Shown one piece after another: positions 55,296-64,000 of a stretch of DNA of 64,000 nucleotides (the first letter of the stretch is position 1; every line of letters starts with the position of its first letter). The DNA is taken from NCBI GenBank assembly GCA_946965045.2, contig OX337233.1, forward strand, positions 744,001-808,000, written 5' to 3'. Source of the DNA: Epithemia pelagica (lineage: Eukaryota > Protista > Bacillariophyta). The notes under the pieces were generated by a model that was not told the DNA's origin, did not search any database, and was given only the letters and a program-made list of their open reading frames with translations. A program made the position numbers and the translations under genes.

Positions 55296-57823
55296 TTACG
55301 CATACATGGCATCAATCACCGAGGCATACTTGGCCGCCGCCACACTCCGCTTGAGTTTGAGCGTGGGGGTGAGTTCGGTCGTCTTTTCCGAAAAGTCTCC
55401 ATCCAAGAGGGTAAACTTTTGCACCTTTTGCGCGCTCGATGTCGCCTTTTGATTGGCTTCTTGGAGACCCTTTTCAAAATAGGCCGTCCATTTGGGATCG
55501 TCCCGCGCTTCCTCGGTCGTGGTGGCGGAACTGCCCAAGAGGGGAGCCGTTTCCAGAGCCGCACCCGTCAATTTGTTGGTGGGAGTGCCGTCGTCGTCCA
55601 CTTCCACCTTGAGCGTTAACAGAACCGTCAAGAATTTGCGCTTGTCGCCAATCACCATGGCATTCGAAATCGCCGGCATGGCGAGTTTGAGCTCATCCTC
55701 AATCAGAACGGGAGGAATGTTTTCTCCTCCCGCCGTAATAATAAGCTCCTTGATACGGCCCGTAATGGACATGAATCCCGACGGTTTCTTGATTTCGGGA
55801 TCATCGTCACTATCAAACTTGACTACGTCGCCCGAGTACATCCATCCCTCCGCGTCAATGGTTTCCTTGGTTTTGTCTTCCATATTCATGTACCCGGCAA
55901 AAATGTGACGACCACGGTATTGCAGCTCTCCATTTTCGGGATCGAGACGCGCTTCGGTACCGGGCATGGGACGGCCTACGGTACCCACCTTGAATGCCGC
56001 GAGTTTGTTAATGGTGTAGGGTCCCGTACATTCGGATTGTCCAAACAATTCCATGATTGGAATGTCCAAAGACATGAAGTACTTGAGAATTTTGACTTCA
56101 ATCGGTGCCGCACTCACAAAAAAGTTTTGACAGCGATCAAATCCCAGTGCCACATGCGCCTTGTGCAACAACTTTCGCGCCAGTCCCAACATGAAGGGGT
56201 GTTTGGGCGTGGCACCAAACTCCATGGACTCCCAATGAATGGCGGTGGTTTTCTTGGCCCAGGTCGACAATTTCTTCTTGATACCAGTCGTGCTACGAGC
56301 CACTTCTTGAAGCTTTTCTACAAGGTACATACCACAAGAGAGAGACAAGAACAGATGAGGAAACAATTTGTCTGTTATGTGCCCCCGCATATCACCAAGT
56401 TGTCGCAAACGTACCGTAAATTTTTTCCCACACACGCTGAAAAAAGAACAGGACAAAAAGCCACAAAGAATGAGTCAAAATCCTCAAACGAATTGTGGTT
56501 CCCCCCAGCTTTACCATGGTTACGTACCGGAACTCCAAAGAAAAAGGTGGGGCGAACTTCCTTCAAGGTACCACCCAGAGATCCCTTGAGTGCATCGGGT
56601 TGGGCAAACCAGACTTGATATCCAGCGGCCACTGGTCCATGCATGTCCAAAATCTTTTGTTTTTTTTTACACAAGAGCACAGGGTACGGGTCAGTGGAAC
56701 ATCGACTCCAGGTATGGCAAATGACACTGCTAGACACCAATCATTATTAGTATTGCGTACGTACCTGTGCCGCAATGTGGGACAGTGGCAGATAGGAAAC
56801 TACCGAGTCTGTTTCATCGAGCGTGCCCCGTTTGGTAAAGCGAAACGTATTTTGAATGGTCCACGTAATGTTGTCATTGGTAATCATGACCGCCTTGGGA
56901 GGACCTGTCCAGATCATATATTATACAAGATGTTTTTGGTGAGAGTGGGGGCGACAGCCAACTGCGCCCAAAAAAATCCATGACAGCCACAAGCAAAACG
57001 TACCAGTGGTTCCCGACGTGTAAATCAGAGTGCAGGTTTCACCAGCCTTCCAGCTATTGGACCGCGTCTTGAGTGTTTCATTGTCCTCCTTGTCCCCCAA
57101 TTTCAAAAAGTCGGCAAACTTGTAGACTGGAATGGACACCTTGTCCTTGATATCGGCCGGCACGTCTTCTTCTCCATACATGACCAAGGCCTTGAGATCC
57201 GGCAATTCCTTATAAATGTCATAATACTTTTCCAATTGCTTGGTACCTTCGCAGACGACCACCTTGGCTTTGGAATGACTGGAAATGTACTGACAGGCCT
57301 CGGGTAGATTGGTGGCATAAATGCCCGCCGGAACGGCACCAGCCGCAATGGCTCCGTAACTGGCAATGAACCATTCGGGAGAATTAAAGCCAATAATATT
57401 GACCATGTCAAAGCGATCAAAGCCCAAGGACAACAAGGACTTGCCAAAGGCATCGACTTGCGCACGATACTCCTTCCAGGTCCACGTCTTCCACGCGCCT
57501 CTCTGTCAAAATCAGCACCAACACCAGCCAGACAGGCAAAACAATATGAGAACAGCGCAAGAGTAATACGGGGCGCATTGGTTGACGCTTGTCATTCCTT
57601 CATGACAACAACAGACGACGTGGTCCCAACATGTTCCCCTACGTACCACTTTTTGATGCAAGGCGGGTCGATCTCCATGCTTGGCGACAATGCGATCCCA
57701 ATTTTGCATCACCGTGACCGGTTCTTCCCCGGCCACACCTTCGCCTTTGCGAATCGCCACTTCGGCCGTCACATCCGACGTTGAAAACGGCAAGGTAAGG
57801 GCCGGATTTTCTTCTTCTGCCAT
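55296..57823 (-). CDS. Long-chain acyl-CoA synthetase, bubblegum (ACSBG)-like, multi-exon
   Basis: IYTSGTTG P-loop, GFNSPEWF...IAAGAVPAGIY, ELFGQSECTG, YSGDVV, ITGRIKELIITAGGENIPP, TPTLKLKR. Several GT-AG introns. Confidence 0.9.
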
Positions 57824-58520
57824 GGTGGTTGTCCAATCAATTCGTTTGCTTGTTTCGTAATATCGTTGAGCACAACAAGAAGTGTGGAATCCTGCTGATG
57901 ATGTTCGATCTTGTGTGTCTTGGTTGTTTTTCAAACCAGAAACGAGAAACAAAAATGTTTGAAGTTGTAGTCCTGCCTGCCAAGCAGGACTCGGTCATGT
58001 CTGTAGGTCGTTCCGCCGGATTGCTAGGTGGAACCGGCCACAAGAACCAGGTAAAATAGATCCCCAGCCCTTAACACGCTTGAGTGTGGATACCCACAGA
58101 CACGATCGATTTCAAAATTCAAAAGTCTATCTCTATGAGTAGACTTCTACACTCGACCGGGTAGCTAAGGTCAATGCCATTGTCGTCATGGATCACAGAG
58201 CCATAGAACACCAAAGTCTCTATAATCGTGTCGTAGAAGAATCTCCAAGGAATCACTCCTTTGGAAATAAACGATCCATGTTGTAGTACTCCTAATATAA
58301 TTTATCCAGGTCTCTTTTTCGGAATTCCTTATCTTGTGTGTGCGTTCCATCGTTCCGCCCAATGCCAATGTTGTTTCGTGTCTCTGAACGTGGTTCTGTT
58401 TCGTCTGTGTGTGTATAAATATAAAATGTGTGTATGCGATTGTTCTCATGTTGGTTCGTCTGGTGTTCCTTTTTCGTGGCGTGGATCGTTTCTACCAAGT
58501 AATACTTCTTCTTCTCGTTC

Positions 58521-60414
58521 TTAAAAGGTCCCGCCGTGCACAAAGTTGGCCATCATGGCCAGAGCGGCTTGGGGTTGATCCATGGGGACCATGTGTCCGG
58601 CATTGTAGACTTGCAAAAAGGTTAATTTCTCGTAGGTACGGGCCAAGCCTTGCTGATTCCATTCGTGCGGCGTGGCGGCTTGAAAGCCCGCTTGACCCGT
58701 CCAGTCCAAGGCATGGGTCCAGGCTTGATTGCCGAGATAATTGCAAATAAAGTCGACATCGCCGGCATAAATCAAGGCGGGATATCCCGCATTCAACAAT
58801 TCGGCGACATAGTGGGAAAAGTCGTCTGTATATTAGATCGAACCAAAAAGGCATGTGGGAGAGAACGAGAGAAAGAACAACAACAACAAGAGTGGTAAGA
58901 CACGTGTGTTGCCCAACACACAAACAAACACAAAAAAGGCGACACCACTCTGCGGACTGTCGACGATAGTAGTACGTACGCATCCAATCGGAATGGAATT
59001 TCATGTTGATTCCAAAATTGCACGTTTCCCAGCGGTGGGAATGCTTTGGATCGACGCCCAAAGCTTGTTTGGTACTGGCCAAATTGAGCCAGTGTTCAAT
59101 ATTGGTATTGTCATAACACAATGGTGGTTTGGCACACTTAATGCGAATGTCGTACGGATTCAAGCCCGTCGCTTGGTAGGGACTCGTCAAGCCGGCATTG
59201 CACACCAAGAACGACGATTGACAGGCAAATTCATTCAAGATGGAATCGCCGGCATTGCATTCTTGAATCATGCTGGTACAATGCGGCACGACCGATTTCA
59301 TGGTCTGGTACGTGGCCTCGTCAAAAATTTGAATCCCATGCGAATTGTTCACACCCATTTCGGGATAATAGGGATATTGCACTTGGGGATTGGTCAAGCC
59401 ATTGCCAATGGACAAGCCAGCCAAGTTCAAGTTCAACAAGGTCGTCGGATCGTCGTCCTTTGTGTTGTTGTCCTTGGCAAGTCCTTGATTGCCTTGGTAA
59501 ATGCGATGCGCAATGGCCGGCACGTAATGACCGGCATAAGATTCGCCGACAATATACAGCGGCGACGATTGGTACTGCGCATAGGTTTGCAACAAGGCTT
59601 GCAAAAAGTAGTACACATCTTCGGCAATCATTTGTTCATTGGAATCCGTTTCGGCGCCATACGAAAAGCCCACGCCCGCTGGTTGATCCAACCAAATGAC
59701 GTGGGCCGTTTCCGTCCACGAATAGGGATTGACCGTCGTGCCGGTGCCATCGGGATCCACGGAGCAGGGTCCATTTTCCGTCAAGAGGGCCATGGTACTG
59801 GAACAGCCCGGTCCGCCCGTCAACCACAAAATCAAGGGAATCTCCTCCTCGTCATCCTCACCGCCAACTTGTTGTTGATGACGCTTTTCAAACATCCAAA
59901 AAAACAAGTGCTTGTCTTCGCCATTGGCATCGTATTGGGAACCCTGAATGTCCATGTAGCCCGACACGCTCTTGCTCGAGGCATCGCACAAGTCATTATT
60001 GCCCAACTCTTGATGAATGGTCAAGCCATGACGACGACTCTGTTTCGTGGTGGAAGACCAAGACGAAAAGTCAAACCACACGGTTGTCTTTGCGTCGTCC
60101 TTGTTGTCCTTGTTGTCTACCGAGGACGGCGTGGCACACTCAAAGACTCCGGGAGGCAATTGGGCGGCTTGAGTGGGACTGACACATTCACTGGGGACGG
60201 CTCCGGCAACACACCAGACGCAGGATTCGTGCGTGGCGTCATCGACCGCCTTGGCACACGCGGCGGCCGAACCAATGTCATTGCACGACGACGGGTCGGG
60301 AGCCACAGACGAAGCAGACTCCACCGTGGTGGTTCGCAAAAAGGACGATGCCATGGCCGTGGGCACTGCCGCCACTGCCATCCACCAGGCGGAACAGGAC
60401 ACGGACAACTTCAT
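58521..60414 (-). CDS. Serine carboxypeptidase S10 (carboxypeptidase Y-like), secreted; exons 60414-58980 and 58825-58521
   Basis: Signal peptide; LILWLTGGPGCSS, WLDQPAGVGFSY, VGESYAGHY, IYAGDVDFICN, NAGHMVP. Confidence 0.92.
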
Positions 60415-61036
60415 GGTAGGAATAGGAATAATGCTAATAGTGCTTGGAGCGCAAGACTTGTTGTGTGGAATCACTGGACTCCTCGAATGCAAACTCAAAA
60501 GAGAAAAGGAGGATGACGAAGACAATTCCTTTCAATCGTATATACCTAGTTTGTTGTGGAGAGAGTGACACCCACCAAGATCTTTGATTGAGGGACTACG
60601 GAATACAGAATGGATCCAGCGAATCACACACGAAAGATCCACTTCGAACGACACCACCGACCACGACAGTCCCCCCACGACTGAAAAAAGAAAGGGTTTT
60701 CCAGCGATCTAGCTAGAGGCGACGAATGATATGTCTGGCGTGCGCTCACCTGGACGGCGCGCCGAAGCGCCGGGGGATCCACTCCACAACACAAACCAAA
60801 TTGGCAGATTCGACTCCTGTCATTCCCTCTCGTGTCGTCCTTGTGTTTGTGTGCTGTTTTGGCGTTTGCGCAGTCAACCTCTCTTTGGGCGACAGTCTCG
60901 TTCCCCCACATATCATCATTATCATCATCATCATCTCATCTCCCTCATTCTCTCGATCTTGGTTGTGCCTCGAGAATCGTTTGTGGCGTTCGCCGTCTTG
61001 AGTTCTTCTTCGATTTTCTCTCCGGAAACAATCACC

Positions 61037-64000
61037 ATGGCCGATGCCTTGCAAAACATGTTTGGTGGAGATCTCCAACCAATCACGAAAAAAAAGACAA
61101 AGCAACGTGTCGGACCATCCTCCATGGGCGGAATTTTGGGATTCCTGGACCAACCAAACAATGAGGAGAATCATTTTCCCAATCCACAACAACAACAACA
61201 ATCACGACGACCCGCCAAACGAAACCGACACCCCCAACGACCACAGTTGAGAACGGCACTCCAACCACGTCACCAATCTACGCATCCACAACGAAACCAT
61301 GATCCCAACCACAAGAACAAGCCCAAACCGATTCGCCATTCCAAACGAAAACCCATTGACCAAACCACGGTCGTTCCCTGTTCCTTGGTCGAACATTCTT
61401 CTTCTTGTTGGGAAGAACAAGAACAGGCGGAACGGGACTTGAGACACTCTCTGCGCCGACTTTCTCTCCATGCCAACAATCCCAAGGACCACGTGGACGA
61501 CGAGACAACTACCCGAGACAAGGACGACCACCACCAGGACAACAAGGTTAGTGTCCTTGTCCTTCCTTCCACCAAACCACAACAGCAGCAAGGCAACCAA
61601 CAAGAAGCCACTGCATTTTCCCGAAAACTGGACCATCCGAGGGACCATCATCCAACGAGCACGGAATTCCATCCGGCCATGGGAGGCGTACTGGCGGGTG
61701 TCGTTGAACCACCACAACATCCGGTGGACAACCCAAGGCATCCTACAACCAACACCACGTTCCCAACAGACCTACGGATGAAGAATCCGACGCGAAAGCG
61801 ATCTACTACTACTACAATCATGGCGGTTGGAGCAGGAACAACAACAACTGTCAAGGATTCACCGATCCATCCGGAACATGCGGACCACAACACTCCCAGT
61901 ACTACTACCACGACAACAACTACTACCACACCGGCCAAGAATGACGACACGGTGCGTGCCACACGGGGCTTTTCCTCGACACTCTTGTTTTCGTCTCCCG
62001 CTAGCAACATGCCCGGAGGAGGATCCCAACCTCGTCGAAAACGACCCGATTTACGACCCACACCCTATCGCATGGATCTCGAAGAACATCATTCCGTGGA
62101 TCCTTCGTTGGAGGAGGAGGATGGAGGCCTGTCGGACCACCACCACGATTCACCAACCATGGAGAACACAAAGGCGGCGATTCCGATGGAATTGCCTAGT
62201 CAAGACAATGATGACATGGTGCAACGCACATTGGTCTTTCCTCCTACGGAAGAAACAGCAACAGCAGCAAGTCATGTCGTACATGCCAGACGGACCATTG
62301 CCCAGGTCCAAGAGATTGTATCCACCCATAAGCAAGATCCTTCTCCCTCACAACCACGCCCAGTCGAAGTGACGACTGTGTCTGGTCCCAAACCCGATCC
62401 GCCGAGTCCCTTGCTACGAGGGATCTACCTACCAATGTCGACTACTACGACCGACCAGCACCACACGGTCAAACCTGATCCACCGTGTGTGGCGGCGGGC
62501 ACCGCATCGTCTCATGCGACAGATGCTGTTGCTGCGAGTACTCCTATTCCAAACCGACAAAACCAACCAGAGGTGGCGGTCCATCGGTGGCAGGGTCCAC
62601 GAGATCCAACCCCTTGCAAACAAGAGGTACTACGATCCTTTGTCGTGGTTTCAAAACGAGAAGCCCCAATAGTCTCCTGCGACACGAGGGGTGTGCCACA
62701 CGAGCAAGCGCACCACCCGCAAGATCCTCCCCTTGTAAGCACGACACCATCACCTCCACTACAGTCCAGAAGCTCCCCGCAACCAAGTCGTCCTACGGTG
62801 GACCTTGGGAATGAGGTGGAACGGACGCTAGTTCCGCCCGAGGATGCCACTGTTGAGGTGGAATACAATGTCATTTCCAGTACTGATGACGGTGCGAAGA
62901 ACCAGCCGAGCGCGACACAAAACTCGTGCGACTCCCATCACGCCGAGACCGACATGGATCAAACTACTGTCGATAGGGTGAGCTCGGCTGTCGAGGCGGC
63001 CCCAAACCTACTAGATGGTGAGGGATCCGAACGAGGAAAAAAGAATTCGAGCCAAGTCAATTCCATTGACGAAATGGATAATCTACAAAATGACAGAGCT
63101 GTCACTACCATCGACGTTCAAGAGATGGACACGGACGACAATTGTGATCCACCTCCTTTGGATAGCAAGAGTGTTTCAGAAGAGGAAAATGATGAGGAAC
63201 CAATTGTGGAGAAACCCAATACTCGACAAGTTGAACATGGTGGGCGCAGGAGAACACGAAAGCAGCCCTCTCGTTTTGGATCGTACGCGACGGAGGAAGA
63301 AATTGAACGCAAACTTCGACGAAAAAAGAAGGCTCCACTTGCCAAGGCAAATCCAAAAGCATCCAAAGGCAAGGGTGGCTCTGAAAAGTTGGTGAAAGCC
63401 ACTCGGATATGTGCCACAAGAGACAGTGCCTCCAGAACACGCTCAGACAAAGAGCACCAGCACACTAGTGAAATGGACCAAGTGACGAGTAAGAACGAAA
63501 CTATCGCCATGTCGACCAATAACCAATCATCATCTGAGGATGAAGAAACCGGTGAACAAGATGAATGGTCTGACGCAGAGATTGAAGCCCTTCGACGGGC
63601 TCAAGCAACCGTTGACCCACGGTCAAGTTTCTATTGGGACCGCGTCGCAGGTTTCCTCACCGATCGGACAGCGGAAGAATGCAACAGCAAATGGTTTTCT
63701 CTGGTTGCTACTCCCAAATGCCCAAGGGTTAACCATAATGATAAGGAGGGATCCAGAGCGGAACCACGACCGACAAGCAAGGAGGATGACATGTTTGATT
63801 CTTCACCACAATCAAGTGGCGATTGGAAAGCCGCCATTAACGAGACAATGGACCTGGGAAGTCCGATTGTGCTTGACGTTGCGGAACCAGTGACTCGACC
63901 AGGAGACAGTGCCCTAAATCCCAAGGCTGGATACAAATCCTACATTGCACGATTGACGCGAGAAATGAACAAGGACAAGCGCGGCAAACCAAAAGGTCGA
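61037..64000 (+). CDS. Large low-complexity protein with C-terminal SANT/Myb domain, incomplete at window end (M18BP1/KNL2-like C-terminus)
   Basis: The frame from ATG 61037 appears open to the window edge, so it is absent from the ORF track. Contains WSDAEIEALRRAQATVDPRSSFYWDRVAGFLTDRTAEECNSKWF at about 63566-63700. Confidence 0.75.
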   Translation, partial: MADALQNMFGGDLQPITKKKTKQRVGPSSMGGILGFLDQPNNEENHFPNPQQQQQSRRPAKRNRHPQRPQLRTALQPRHQSTHPQRNHDPNHKNKPKPIRHSKRKPIDQTTVVPCSLVEHSSSCWEEQEQAERDLRHSLRRLSLHANNPKDHVDDETTTRDKDDHHQDNKVSVLVLPSTKPQQQQGNQQEATAFSRKLDHPRDHHPTSTEFHPAMGGVLAGVVEPPQHPVDNPRHPTTNTTFPTDLRMKNPTRKRSTTTTIMAVGAGTTTTVKDSPIHPEHADHNTPSTTTTTTTTTTPAKNDDTVRATRGFSSTLLFSSPASNMPGGGSQPRRKRPDLRPTPYRMDLEEHHSVDPSLEEEDGGLSDHHHDSPTMENTKAAIPMELPSQDNDDMVQRTLVFPPTEETATAASHVVHARRTIAQVQEIVSTHKQDPSPSQPRPVEVTTVSGPKPDPPSPLLRGIYLPMSTTTTDQHHTVKPDPPCVAAGTASSHATDAVAASTPIPNRQNQPEVAVHRWQGPRDPTPCKQEVLRSFVVVSKREAPIVSCDTRGVPHEQAHHPQDPPLVSTTPSPPLQSRSSPQPSRPTVDLGNEVERTLVPPEDATVEVEYNVISSTDDGAKNQPSATQNSCDSHHAETDMDQTTVDRVSSAVEAAPNLLDGEGSERGKKNSSQVNSIDEMDNLQNDRAVTTIDVQEMDTDDNCDPPPLDSKSVSEEENDEEPIVEKPNTRQVEHGGRRRTRKQPSRFGSYATEEEIERKLRRKKKAPLAKANPKASKGKGGSEKLVKATRICATRDSASRTRSDKEHQHTSEMDQVTSKNETIAMSTNNQSSSEDEETGEQDEWSDAEIEALRRAQATVDPRSSFYWDRVAGFLTDRTAEECNSKWFSLVATPKCPRVNHNDKEGSRAEPRPTSKEDDMFDSSPQSSGDWKAAINETMDLGSPIVLDVAEPVTRPGDSALNPKAGYKSYIARLTREMNKDKRGKPKGR

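Overview
Eukaryotic genomic DNA with GT-AG introns, most likely from a pennate diatom (two DUF6824-type proteins, secreted RxL/Lys-Pro-Thr-rich proteins, a CRT-like transporter). Host genes: a proline iminopeptidase-like hydrolase, three secreted PT-repeat proteins ending in a dirigent/AOC-like domain, a CRT-like transporter, two DUF6824 proteins, a SAM-methyltransferase-like protein, Kelch and HTTM genes, a bubblegum-type acyl-CoA synthetase, an S10 carboxypeptidase and a SANT protein running off the right end. The centre is a head-to-tail tandem duplication (19367-32898 / 32898-41557). Copy A carries an intact-ORF, 5'-truncated CRE-clade non-LTR retrotransposon (23862-29428). Copy B carries a 583-bp MITE and a 178-bp insertion. 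From 42975 to 54829 there is a nested transposon stack: a hAT-like MITE containing two PIF/Harbinger MITEs and a 9.2-kb tyrosine-recombinase (DIRS/Ngaro/PAT-type) retrotransposon with split direct repeats, followed by a second copy of the 583-bp MITE. The most unusual object is the YR retrotransposon: its pol ORF appears to have a degenerate C5-cytosine-methyltransferase-like domain in front of the RT and a Dam-like remnant after RNase H, and its terminal repeats are atypical. All family assignments come from motifs read by eye; no database searches were run.
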